Assembly: GCF_001447785.1 (NCBI RefSeq)
Contig: NW_015161976.1
Span: forward strand, 613,269 to 677,268
DNA: 64,000 nucleotides
Direction of reading: 5' to 3'
Origin: Gekko japonicus
Taxonomy: Eukaryota
Every line of letters begins with the position of its first letter. Position 1 is the stretch's first letter. A program made the position numbers and the translations under genes. Below the pieces are notes generated by a model. It searched no databases, was not told the DNA's origin, and saw only the letters and a program-made list of their open reading frames with translations. Shown one piece after another: positions 24,885-37,211 of this stretch.

Positions 24885-25805
24885 AATGATGTCACACGGA
24901 AGTAATGTCATCACATCAGCAATATGGCACAGTGATGCCAGAGTATCACTGCATGGTGTTGCCAACGTGATGACATCACTTCCATGTGATATCATTACAT
25001 CACATTTGGGGGCAGGATTTTCCCCCCCCCAGCCAGTTGGCTAGCGGCAGGAAAGATGGCAGAAAGATCAGGGAGGGGGGACAGACCAAGGAGGGGGGAG
25101 AATGGGCGAGCACATGGCTGGGCCGACTCTTTTATGCCCTTTTGGGGTTTGGGGGTGGGGTTTACTGACCACCTCCCTTGAGACGTCCCCTTGGGGGTTG
25201 GCTTCACTGGCCACCTCGCTTGTGATGTCCCCTTGGTCTGTCCCTGATCCGTCCCTTTGGAAGTTTCCTAAAAAAAACCTGGTTGCAGGAGAAACTGGTT
25301 TTGCAGGAAGATGGGAGCAGGGTTGGGCACTTTACTTTACCAGAGAGGACCTTTGGAGAACATTAGCTGAGTCCAGGGGTATTGTCTTTTAATGGCTCTG
25401 GCTGGTGAGTTGATGAGTTTAGCTGGGCTGGCTGATGAGTTGAGTGATGAGTCAGCCAGCTAGTCCCTTCCTGGCAGAGGCTCCTTTATTATGCTGTGGA
25501 GCCTAAATGCATCATCTGGTGGGGTGGGGGTTGCCTGCATGTTGAAGGAAAGGTTTTGCTCATGGAGTCTCTTCAGAATTTTAAGTCCCTTTTGCAGAAT
25601 ATGGCGTTTTTCCATAGCACAGGGTTATGGCTAAACATATAACATCCTTGGACCATTTTGCTTTTTACAAATACTGTATTTAGGTAGAGTACAGGTAAAG
25701 GAACTCCTACAGGACAGCAGCTGCATTACCCAAAATCAGATCCCCAGAGAAAGAGATATCCTGCATATCATTCTACTTTTGTGCGAATTTTTCCCTTGTT
25801 TCAAT

Positions 25806-25920
25806 TTGGTGTAGTGGTTAGGAGCATGGACTCTATTCTGGGTTTGAATCCCCACTCCTTCACATGTGACCTTGGGTTAGTCATGGCTCTCGCAGAGCTG
25901 TTTTCTCAAGAGCAGTTCTC
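25806..25920 (+). mobile_element. Squam3-like SINE, 5' part
   Basis: TTTGGTGTAGTGGTTA A-box and GGGTTTGAATCCC B-box. Confidence 0.75.
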
Positions 25921-27751
25921 ATTATTGTGGTATTTTCCTTTGTACTGTGCTATTTTCCTGACCTGAAATGGCCCTGGGGAGCTGCTATTTGCCCTGTTGG
26001 GGGAAAATGCATGTACTGGTAGGGGTACCTGTGTATTTACCACAACAGAGCAAATAGTGGTTTTGGAAAGAGGAAGAGATAAGTATCAAATTTGGGAATT
26101 TGACACACACATCCTTGGAGTTGACAGGCAACTATGACAGAATGGTGGAACAGAGCTGGCTGCTTTACTGGAAGCTCCAAGCAGAACAGGCCGTTCCATC
26201 ATAAAACATATGGCCCTGTCCATAACACCAATGTGCACACATATGCAGGGCCAGAAAGGCAGAGTATGAATTGTGTAAGTAATAAGAATATTGACTTCAT
26301 ATGCTGCAAAAAACCATGCTTGATGTGATTTCATCAAGTTTCTCCTTCCATGGTGTTTTCCAGTGCCCTGGAGTGCCTGCATGCATCAATAAAACATCAC
26401 TTGAAAAGAATCAGTTTGATGTACAGTTGCATCATGATCAGCAAAGCTGTGAACTTCAACACAAATGCAAGCATTCGTACTCTCCATGACCAACCTGCTG
26501 ATTTCCCTGTGAGCTAAGGCCTGCATGGGGTCAGCTTGATGGTCTGTTAAAAAGTTGACTTGAACACCTTGTCAAGCAGTTTTGCACCTGCACAGTCACC
26601 ACTTCTGCAGGCTTTTTATGCAAACTGGCCTCCATTGTCTTTAAAACAACATGAATATAAAAGAGCATATGAGGGGACCAGTAAGAGCAGCTCTTTGTCA
26701 TGACAGAGGGACAAGAGTGACAAAGTTGCCTAGGAAAAGTAAGTCCTTACTTGAAAAATAACTACGGCTCATTATGCACACACATCTTACTGCAGATTTT
26801 GAGAGCATTAAGCAATAAGGGGGAAATGGAGCTTGTACAGCGATGAAAGGGGGAGGACGGCAGAAGGTGCAGAGTGGGAGGAACAACTTCAATGTGGAGG
26901 GTGGAGAGGACTTCAGTGGGCAGGGAAACAGCAGGGTGGGGAAATATGCTTTTGAATTACCTTCAGCTAGGAAGTGAAGCAAGGGAAAAAGCAGCACAAA
27001 AGCACTTTCAGAAAACCTGTGGAAACAGCGACTGTAAAGCAAACTGAGTGCTGAAGGGAGGCAAATCAATGCAGAACGAAAAAGACAACCTGATGGCCAT
27101 GCAGGGTGAAAGCGAGGCAAAACACCCGTGCATAATAGGCCTACAACTCCTATGAGGCAGTGTGAGAAAGGATATATACAAACTGATCTGGACAGTTTGC
27201 CTGCCACTAATGAATACTGAGTCACAGCTCCACAAGGGACACAGGGAGATACCTCACAAATAACATGCTCATGAAATGCTAATGTTTTGTTTAAATAATG
27301 TGGTGAGCCCCTGATAACCATTGGGTGGGAGAGGGTTACAGCAAAATATTGCACTTCCCCATCTCTGAGTTTCTTTCCCTTCTTATGAATGAATATTTAA
27401 GAAAACTGAGTAGTATTAGATTCCAAAGCTATTCTTTTGGCTAGAACTGCTATATTCAGGTCTATAAAAACAGTACCGAGACTCAAGCATACCTGGTTTT
27501 CACATTCTCTGATTTGGGAAATTTCCCACTTAGTCCTAGATACAGAGCGGTGAGCTTCAATTATTTCAGCAATGAAGAAAATATACTCTGGACGCACCTA
27601 GAGGCATATTCTTCTTTACTTCACCTGAGCTCTCACCAGTTTCAGCTCCAAGGTATTCCAAGGCCTTCTTAATATCCCCTGGATTAGGCCCTTATAACTC
27701 TCATTTCACAAATGGGGAACTGAAAAAGAGAGGTGGTAAATTGCCCAGTGA

Positions 27752-28190
27752 GGCTGCGGTCACACTGCGCATTAGCCACGCTACTGAGACGGATGATAGG
27801 CGGATTTTCCGGGCACAATCACACCGCAACATCTGGGAAGCATAGAGCTCCCATGGCGGAACCGAGGCTTCCCGCCGAAGATGCGGTGTAAAAAACTAGT
27901 ACTAGTTTCCGGAAACCGTGGGGCAAGGGCTGGCGTCTGATTGCGTTTCCGGCGGTAGTTCGTGGCATCTGGCGCCCACCCATGTCCCGTCGCAAACAGT
28001 CCCCCCCAAGTCTCCACAGGATGCGCACAAGCACCCAATGGCACATGCGCACGAAGAGGAAAGCGAAAGTTCTGTTGCTGCGCAGAATCGCGCATGCCGT
28101 TGAATGCGAAACCAAAAGTTCCACTCCTCCATCCTTCGGCTTAAAAGAAAATAAATGGCCCCGTTATATCCGGCCCGTGTGACCGGGGCC
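27752..28190 (-). mobile_element. PIF/Harbinger-type MITE related to 6294-6825
   Basis: TIRs GGCTGCGGTCACAC / GTGTGACCGGGGCC; TSD TGA; internal homology to 6480-6760. Confidence 0.85.
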
Positions 28191-28224
28191 TGAGTTTGGT
28201 ACCAAAGTGAGGTATAGCGGTACT

Positions 28225-28432
28225 AACTCTGGGTTGAGAAATTCATGGAGATTTTGGGGTGGACCCTGGGGAGGGTGGGATTTGGGAAGGGCAGGCACTT
28301 CAGCAGAGTATAATGCCATAGAACCCATCCTCCAAAGCAGCCATTTTCTCCAGGGAAAGTGATATCTGTAGTCTGGAGATCAGGTGTGATTCTCTGAGAG
28401 CTCCAGGCCCCAGCTGGATGGTGACAACTTTA
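28225..28432 (+). mobile_element. hAT-type MITE family B
   Basis: Same body as 21910-22128. Confidence 0.75.
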
Positions 28433-28568
28433 GTGGGGTCTCATCGATGTCATCAATGCCTAGCTTTCATGGCTTTTCAGTAAAGAAAACTATCATCTTC
28501 CTCCTGAAAGGTGAACAAGTAATGATACTGGGAAATCCTTGAAAAGACTGTACACTAATAATCCTGTG

Positions 28569-28981
28569 CAGGGGTCATTTCATAGAAAAAGAGGTGCAGG
28601 AGCTCATTAGCATAACTCATGAGCATAACTCATTTGCATATGGCACACCCCATGACATCACCGGAAATGTGTCAGAAGGCAACACCTGCCACTCAGGCAC
28701 CACTGGACTGTTTTGGATTGCTAGCTATTGGGGGGGGGAGAAACATGCAGATCTGCCCTTGCAGAGGAGGGAGAGCTTGTACCTGAATAAAACTTGGTCT
28801 TAAAGGTGCCACTGGACTGTTTTGGACCCGGGGGGGGGAACTCTGCAACTTACCTGGCTGCTTCTTGCTCTGACTGAGGGCTGCTGGGAGCAGGGGGTGG
28901 GGCTTGTTGCACGTGCCCGCCCCCTGGGCTCTTTACTGCCGGAGCTCCGCTCCTGTGCACTCCTGCAGGAAATGACCCCTG
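28569..28981 (+). mobile_element. hAT MITE family C
   Basis: TIRs CAGGGGTCATTT / AAATGACCCCTG; perfect TSD ATCCTGTG (28561-28568, 28982-28989). Confidence 0.9.
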
Positions 28982-29068
28982 ATCCTGTGTTATTTTACTT
29001 GACACCCCTCACTATCATGTGATGTGTCCCTCCTCATCTCTACTCTAGACTGTCAGTCCCTGATCTTT

Positions 29069-29219
29069 NNNNNNNNNNNNNNNNNNNNNNNNNNNNNNNN
29101 NNNNNNNNNNNNNNNNNNNNNNNNNNNNNNNNNNNNNNNNNNNNNNNNNNNNNNNNNNNNNNNNNNNNNNNNNNNNNNNNNNNNNNNNNNNNNNNNNNNN
29201 NNNNNNNNNNNNNNNNNNN
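29069..29219. other. Assembly gap
   Basis: N run. Confidence 1.
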
Positions 29220-30609
29220 CTGCTGAACTCTCTCCCCTCCCCAGGCTCCACCCCCCAAATGTCCAGGAATTCCCCAACATGGACTTAGCAGCCCTAACTA
29301 TGAAACAAATGAGCAGAGATCAAGTCAGTTCTGTTCTCTGCCAAACGTACCAAATTGTCAATGCTGAAATGAATCTCTGTTAATAGTAAGGATAGCACTG
29401 TTCATTAAGTTATCAGGATTTCATCCTCAGTAGTTCCTCCCTGAGTAGTCCTTTTAAACAGGAATTTTAATGCAAATAAGTTCAAGGCCCACTGCAGTTT
29501 AAAACGCATGGTTTTGTCAACCTGTGCCATGAAAATGTTCTGCCTGGCATATTTAACGCAATAAAGCTCCTTTGGTAATTATTGTGGCATCACAATAGCT
29601 GAATCACCCAGTTCCAATTCCCATTACTGTACCACTGAAAAATTATAATTGTCTGGATTCTTCAAATAGCCCATATGTGGTTATACTTCAGCAACATTTT
29701 GAGGCCGTATTAAGCACATTTCTTCTAGCTCTCTCTCTCTCTTTCTATTGTGCTACAATCCATTATGTAAAACAAAGCAATTCTGAGAAAACCAAGACAT
29801 CTGGAACCATCAGAAAATGTGTTTCCCTTTCCAGATTTTTCTTTGGTTGTGGCATTCTTTTCGAGGAAACAAAAAACTGGTTTGCAAACGATGTTGTTAC
29901 ATTAATTCGCAGTATGTGTTGTTGAATAAGCGAAACTAATTTAGGCAACAGTGAGGGTATATTTACCTAAGATACTGTCAAGTGTCCCTTTTAATTGATG
30001 AGAGGCAATTCCTAACACTAGTGACATGCAGTAGTCATTTCAGGAACACTGTAATAAGGGTATCAGGGAAAAATACATTTGTGAAGTGCTGAGCTGAGAT
30101 ATTTCTTCTAGGAAGATACAAGTCACAGTCCTTTCTTACAAAGATTTTCTTCCCTCTCTTCCTAAACAAGATGCCATATTCCCTCAACAGATTTCCAGAC
30201 GTGAACTTGCATTACAATTCCTGCAAAATAATAAACCCATCCAGGCTATAAAACCTCTTTGATTGTCTTCCACGGGCAGGATTTGCATGCTGACTCATAC
30301 CTACTATATTTATAAGCTATTGCCAAATGATCGCAACTGCAGGATTTCTAATAATGCTATGGAAATTACTCACATTGCAATGGGAGTTGAATAAATTTAC
30401 ATTTGTAGGATTTAGCTATTGCAAAATTTATGGCGGATTACCTTGTGTGTGCATGTCTGGGTTGTAATGGTTATTTTTTTATAGCAAAATAGTGGCTTAT
30501 GACGGTATTCCCCGTAGGGATTTATGTGAATTCACCATATGGAAGGGTTTTTTATTATTATAATAAGAAACACCACACTAAACTTGCTTCAGAGATTGTT
30601 CTACTGTGA

Positions 30610-30874
30610 GACTGATTTCACACAAGAGCTGCGCCACGGTCGCACCTCCCTTTGCCCCACTTCTATTGGTCAATTTCCTACTGAAGTCACGCAGACATGC
30701 CCAATTATCCCCACGGTTTTGTGATCCTGTTTTTTGAGGATCACAAAACTGCAGGGAAAATTGGGCAAAGCCGTGAGTAAAAATGTGGCTGCGTGGCTTT
30801 GAGTGGGAAATTGACCAATAGAAGTGGGGCAAAGGGAGGCACGACCACGGTGCAGCTCTTGTGTGAAATCGGCC
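30610..30874. mobile_element. Foldback Harbinger-type MITE
   Basis: Whole-length inverted repeat, GACTGATTTCACAC / GTGTGAAATCGGCC; TSD TGA. Confidence 0.85.
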
Positions 30875-31306
30875 TGAGATAAAACCTACTGTACATTACT
30901 GAGAATTAGGGAATTATGGATTACAAGAATATTTTAAAATCCAATGACATTCATATTGGTTCCTCCCCCCCACCCAGATTTTCAGTTTATGTTATCAGTG
31001 GGCCAAAATACTGCACCTTTTATCTGGTAGCAGTAACACGCGCCTTTAGAACTGACATAGCTGAGAATACCTGACAGATCTAAAGGGCATGATCAGACAG
31101 CAACATCTGGGAAAGGTCCCACAGTCATTAGCACTCCATGCTGCTCTGCCACAGAAATGGAGTAAAAAGACACTGGGGAAAGTCCGGTCCTAACAGTTGC
31201 CAATGGGTCATGGGCAGACTTTCCCCTGTCTGATTACTCAAGCACGCTCTCAAGCTGTTGGGATGGTCTGATCATTCCATCCCTACTTGGTGCCCCCCCC
31301 CTGCTT

Positions 31307-31599
31307 AAGGTAAAGGTAAAGGTTCCGTTGCTCAAAAGCCAGTCGAATCCGACTCTAGGGTTGCGGTGCTCATCTCTGTTTCAAAGCCGAAGAGCCAGCG
31401 CTGTCCGAATATGTTTCCGTGGTCATGTGGCTGGCATGACTAAACACCAAGGCACACGGAACGCTGTTACCTTCCCACCGAAGTGGTACCTATTTATCTA
31501 CTTGCAATTTCTTGCTTTTGAACTGCTAGGTTGGCAGGGGCTGGAACTAGAGATGGGAGCTCACTCCATCATGCGGCACCCGGGTCTCGAACTGCTGAA
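31307..31599 (-). mobile_element. Sauria SINE
   Basis: (AAAGGT)n tail; reverse complement of 59167-59514. Confidence 0.92.
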
Positions 31600-32019
31600 T
31601 GCACATTATCACATACTCCATGGGGAACCCTCAATGCAGAGGTGCAATTCCTCATTTATGTGCATGGGAAACAAATGGCAAAAAAAACCCCACTCAAACA
31701 CGGTGCCGTCTGATCACACAGTGACGGACTGAGCCCATAGCACAAATGGATGTATGATCTTGCAACTGTGAGTCAAATTCCTCCGGAGGAAATAGGGGCG
31801 CTTCCCCTCCACTCCAAATGGTGCATGTGACTGCAGCCACTCTGGTCTGGAATCATGAGATCAACAGACAACTGGAAGTACATATCACATAGGGTCCAAA
31901 TGGGGTAATAATATGATCTTTGGATACTTTTTTAACATTACACAGCATTCTTTGCATTATCTTCCTCTGCTGATGTGTCATGTACTGCTGATCTCTGTGT
32001 GGATTGCTTTTCTATGTGG

Positions 32020-32426
32020 ATGTTTTTGCTTAAACATTAGGAAGAACTTCCTGACAGTTAGAGTGGTTCCTCAGTGGAACAGGTGGTGGGCTCTCCTTCT
32101 TTGAAGGCTTTTAAACGGAGGCTATCTGACAGCAATGCTCCAATTTTGTGAACTTAGGCAGATCATGAGAAGGGAGAGCAGGGAGGGTTGCATCAGTGCT
32201 TAGTTTTTGTGGCCCTACACAGGGGAATGCTGATTGCCACTTTGGGGTCGGTAAGCAATTTTCTCCAGGCCAGTTTGGCCAGGAATCCTGGAGGTTTGTT
32301 GCCATCTTCTGGGCATGGAACAGCAGTCACTGGGGGTGTGGGGGGAGGTATTTGTGAATTTCCTACATTGTGCAGGGGGCTGGACTAGATGACCCTGGAA
32401 GTCCCTTCCAACTCTATGATTCTATG
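32020..32426 (+). mobile_element. CR1 LINE 3' end
   Basis: LNIRKNFLTVRVVPQWN; GGACTAGATGACC..CCAACTCTATGATTCTATG tail. Confidence 0.88.
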
Positions 32427-32949
32427 CTGTCACAGTTAAGTTTACCTTCAGAACCAGCCCTTTTGTTGGCCAAGCAGAACATTTGTTTTTGTTGCCAGCA
32501 CTTCTGAAATTACCCCTATACCGAATGTGGGTATTAGTAGTTACCTTTCTTATAAGGATGGAGCCTACAACTGTGTTAAGCCTGCAGGCACTTTTGGATT
32601 TTTGAGAAAGGGTAGCAGGTACCACCACAAAATGGCTACCATATGGGGAATGACCAGGGGTCTTTTCGTAGAAAAAGAGCTGCAGGAGCTCATTAGCATA
32701 TGGTATGCTAATGAGCTACTAGGCTATTAGCATATGCCATGACCCCTGACATCACCGAAAGTGATGTCAGAAGGGGAAGCAAAAGGGGGGAGAGGCATCT
32801 TCAAAAGCCTCCCTTTCCCTTCCCCAGCTGGCCTGCGGGGGGGGGGGCGAAGAGAGAAGGGGTTTAAAGTTTAAACCCCTTCTCACTAGAGTTGGGCCAC
32901 AGAAGGAGGAAAGAGAGAAGGAAAGAGAGAGAGTAGAGAGAAGGGAAAG

Positions 32950-33439
32950 NNNNNNNNNNNNNNNNNNNNNNNNNNNNNNNNNNNNNNNNNNNNNNNNNNN
33001 NNNNNNNNNNNNNNNNNNNNNNNNNNNNNNNNNNNNNNNNNNNNNNNNNNNNNNNNNNNNNNNNNNNNNNNNNNNNNNNNNNNNNNNNNNNNNNNNNNNN
33101 NNNNNNNNNNNNNNNNNNNNNNNNNNNNNNNNNNNNNNNNNNNNNNNNNNNNNNNNNNNNNNNNNNNNNNNNNNNNNNNNNNNNNNNNNNNNNNNNNNNN
33201 NNNNNNNNNNNNNNNNNNNNNNNNNNNNNNNNNNNNNNNNNNNNNNNNNNNNNNNNNNNNNNNNNNNNNNNNNNNNNNNNNNNNNNNNNNNNNNNNNNNN
33301 NNNNNNNNNNNNNNNNNNNNNNNNNNNNNNNNNNNNNNNNNNNNNNNNNNNNNNNNNNNNNNNNNNNNNNNNNNNNNNNNNNNNNNNNNNNNNNNNNNNN
33401 NNNNNNNNNNNNNNNNNNNNNNNNNNNNNNNNNNNNNNN
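32950..33439. other. Assembly gap in purine-rich low-complexity tract
   Basis: N run flanked by GA-rich sequence. Confidence 1.
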
Positions 33440-33602
33440 AAGAGAGAAAGAAAAGGAGGGAAAGAAAAGGAAAGGAGGGAAAGATGGCAAAGAGATGGAG
33501 GGAGGGAGGGAGGAAGGGAGGCTCTTCCACCCCCCATCAAGCCCCCATCACCCCCATCCACCCCCGATCCCTTACTTACTTACCCACTTTGGTGTGGGCG
33601 CG

Positions 33603-33772
33603 GGGGACCCGGCTGCGGGGCTCTCCAGGCTTCCCCCAGCCCCAGCGCTCCTGTGCAGGCCTGGGGGACCCGGCTGCGGGGATCTTTGGACTTCCCCTGG
33701 CCCCAGCGCGCCTGTGTGAGCTTGAGGGACCCGGCTGCGGGGATCTTTGGGCCTCCCCCTGGCCCCAGCGCT
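33603..33772. repeat. GC-rich ~61-bp tandem repeat x3 inside the hAT element
   Basis: GGGACCCGGCTGCGGGG...CCCCAGCGC at ~33604, 33665 and 33727. Confidence 0.85.
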
Positions 33773-36700
33773 TCGGCATGGGGAACTGGGGGCGGGGCTT
33801 GCCGCACCACTATTTGCGCCGGCTCCTGGACTGCCGGAGTGGTGCTCCGGCATGCTCTGGCCCCCAAAGCCCCCTGGGAATGACTAATCAGAAAGTGTCT
33901 GCCATCAAGATGGGCTATTACAAAATGGGTGCCATTGACTATTTGCTTTGCTGTTTGGTTTCCAGAATTTCTCTACACAGCCATAAGTAGAACTTGCCAA
34001 ATCCAGAGACATAAGAAAGTGTCTGTTGCCATGCCAAGCATGCACAGCTGAGGTATGGCCATGTGGAACAAGCTCTGCACTTCTCCTGTCAGATTGTACA
34101 GAATGACTTGAAGCACCTTGATCTTTTTCCTGTTCCATTCAAGACCCTGTTCCATTTCCCCCCTCAGGCTCAAAGAGCACCCAAGCACCAGGAAACACAC
34201 TGGCAGGCAGACTGGTGACTATAGGCATCATGTTGGGAATCAATGTTATAAGGGTCTGAAAAAGAGAATGATCTGTTCTAGATTTGAGTCGGAAAGTGGA
34301 GCCATAGCTAAGCCAGCACCATGCTCCCTGAAGCTCTTGTTTCCAAACAGTAACATGGTAGAAAGACCACCAAAACGTAATAGCATGCTGGGCTAGAACC
34401 AAAAATCTTTACACTTCTGCCAGATGCCCAAGCAAAGCTTCTAATCAGAGCAAACTGCATATTTGACTGAAACTGATTCTCTACATGAAGATTCCTTTTC
34501 CAGTTATCATAGCAGAGAGCAAGTGAGCAGGAATAGATGAATAATCTAACAGCAAAAGAGCAAATCAGGAGAGCAAGGTAATCTGCCTGGCAAGGGATAG
34601 GGAGGGCAACTATATAACAAACATTTTTTAAAAAAAGAAAAGAAAAACAAACTAACCAAAGGCTTTTGAGAAAATGATTTATAAATTTGATTTATTGAAT
34701 TGATTTCTGTGCTGCCTTTTGATCCAGAAGGATCCCCAAGGTGGTTGACATCAAATGACACAACACAACTAATTTGCGATGCTTCAATATTGTCTGACAT
34801 AGCAATGCTCTGGGGTGGCATCCCAGGCCAAGCCCTGGTTCTCATTAAGCCCTTCTCATTTTTCCTAGCTCTTTTCATCCAGTTCACAACTGCTCGGAAT
34901 CAGATGGTCAGTGTCCAGGAAGATAGGCACTCTTTACTGTCATCTCCCCCTCTGCCCCCGGGTCTGCTGATCTGTGGATAGTCCCAAGGCAGTGTGGGAG
35001 GAGCCAATTGGCCTAACTTTACTGAACTCAGTAATGGCCCTGGATGGTTAGTTGCCTGGCTGTGAAAGTCTGATGCCTAAAATCCCAAAAGACTGGACAC
35101 CAGGTGAACTGTCGCTGGGAGCGTTTTACATTTACATAAAAACACTGGCATGCTTGAGTACTGTTCTTGTCTTTTGCAAATGCACTGTATTCCTCTGTAA
35201 ACTTAGTTTATTGGTTCCCTCTGGCTCCCATGTGCTCATTGTCAATTGCTACCTTGTCTCATTTTGAGGTCAGAGAGCATTTGGCAACAATGAAGACAGC
35301 CACACTAGGGATGACCAGATATTCCCCATCCCATTCCTTTATTGTTCCTTTATTGAGCTGAAATTTTGTTCTGCACTATGTTTCCTTCTGCTTTAATTTT
35401 AACTAGGAGTATTGCTAACATTAATCCCGGGACTGAAGCATGCACTGCTTGCTGCAGGTTTCCATTTCTTTGGTTCATTTGCATCTATTTCCCCGGCCCC
35501 GGTATATTGCAGATCCACATGCCTGTGTTGGAAAACCCCCCTCCACACACACAACAGCACTCATGAGGCGATGGTATATATATTATTGCCAGGGACATTT
35601 TATAGGGTGTTTTTCTGATGCACATGTGATGCTGTGCATTGATACAACAGCACACATAAATAATCTTGATTCAACCATGTAAACAAAATTGCTAGTTTGT
35701 TTTTGTCTTGGCCAAGTTAGTATTAACGTTATTTATTTAGGATGTTTCCCCCTTGTTTTGCTTTTTCCTTCTGTTTGAAAATATACTAGGTGACTCACAA
35801 TAAATCCAAGGGGAGGGCAGATACGAATGCACTTCAGGACCTGATACATGTAACAAGCGAGAATCAATAAACAAATTCTGAAGTCCAAAATCTGGGCAGA
35901 AGTCTGGGGAAGAAGAATTCTGGAAACATCCTTTGTACTTACATGCTCTATACCTTCAGATCAAAGTGGTTGCTTCACAACCTCTAACCTTTTAAGTACC
36001 ATCGGTCAGGTCCTGCCTGGCTTCAAGGGCCCCAGGACGTGCCTAGGACTTTCCAAGTCAGCATGATGATGCTGGCGTTCCAAACCTTCTCAGCAACTTT
36101 ACGGTTTAGCTGTATCATCCATCCTACATAGTCTTGCTAGCACTATTTTAGCCTAATGTCAATGCACTATATATATAGAACTTAATACATTTTTATATTA
36201 TTTTGATTAAAATGTCAAGGAATGAAGATTTAAGATTAATCAAAGCAACTTGCTCGCTGTGTGCCCATAGTTTAATCAGCCAGCTTCAATTCTAGTTATG
36301 CCAAAGATTAAAATGAGATAGCATCCAGACTTGGAAATTGTTATTGCAAATGGCAATTATTTTTAATTCGGTAGAGAGATAGGAAGGGATGGCAAGCACA
36401 ACCTGCGCCTTTCTCCCCCATGCTTACATAGCTTTTTCCTGCCTGCTTTGGTGCAAATATGGACAGGCCTCAAGTTAATGTTAAATTAATATAATCAGGA
36501 GAACGTGCATTTCTTTAACTGATTTGGTACTACCTGCCATTTTTTACAGCATGTTCTGTGTCAGGATTTGATAAAGAAAAAAACAAACTCAGAAAAGACC
36601 TATCAATATCAGAGAAATAATAAAGCATCCATAAGCACTGTTCAAAAGATAACGCGAAACACTTGAGAATGATTTTTCAGTAATGCAACCTCTTAACTCT

Positions 36701-37211
36701 GAAGTTCCCTCAGACTTTGAAGAAGTGAACAGAACTTACTAGTCATGATCCCACAAAAGCTATCCATGACTAGCAGTGCAATCTTTACACTCTTCTGAAT
36801 CAAATGATGCCAGTGGGCTTAGAAAGGTGTAATTCTATTTAGGATTGCCCTGTTAGTCCTGTGGTCTTCCTGTCTCAATTAAAAGCTTGTCAGGGGCATC
36901 CTGATGGATACTAGTAGGAAACGTGTAGTTCTTGTGTTCCTACTAAATATAATGGAATGGGCCCTCATTGTGATAACCAACTTTTGCAAGATTGTGACCT
37001 TTCTGTTGTAATGGACCTTGCATGCTTTTGTACACTAGAAACCAGAATGGTACCTAAAATACTATTGAGTCGTAGAGGTCCCTTAACCACTTTGGATTGT
37101 TAGTGAGAACTGAACATGATTAGCCCATGCAGAAGCACACATATAAGCACACATCTGGGGGGAAATGGTGCCTCCATGATAGCTGGTGGTTGACTGGAGC
37201 CATTTTGATTT

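Larger units (their letters stand above)
22979..25075. mobile_element. Foldback MITE (TAGGGTTG terminus) split by the half-L1 insertion
   Basis: Removing 23079-24895 restores the arm TGTGATGTAATGATGTCACACGGAAGTAATGTCATCAC, which pairs with GTGATGACATCACTTCCATGTGATATCATTACATCACA (24967-25004). The right end is approximate. Confidence 0.65.
32655..33876 (+). mobile_element. hAT element family C, long variant spanning a gap
   Basis: TIRs CAGGGG..CCCCTG; perfect TSD GGAATGAC (32647-32654, 33877-33884). Confidence 0.85.

Noticed and set aside
26698-27354. 218-aa minus-strand ORF
   Set aside because: Non-ATG start, low-complexity L/F/P/S/C composition mirroring a purine-rich plus strand, and no recognisable domain.
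32767-33561. Long ORFs spanning N runs (also at 29.0 kb and 48.5-49.9 kb)
   Set aside because: Artefacts of translating assembly gaps.
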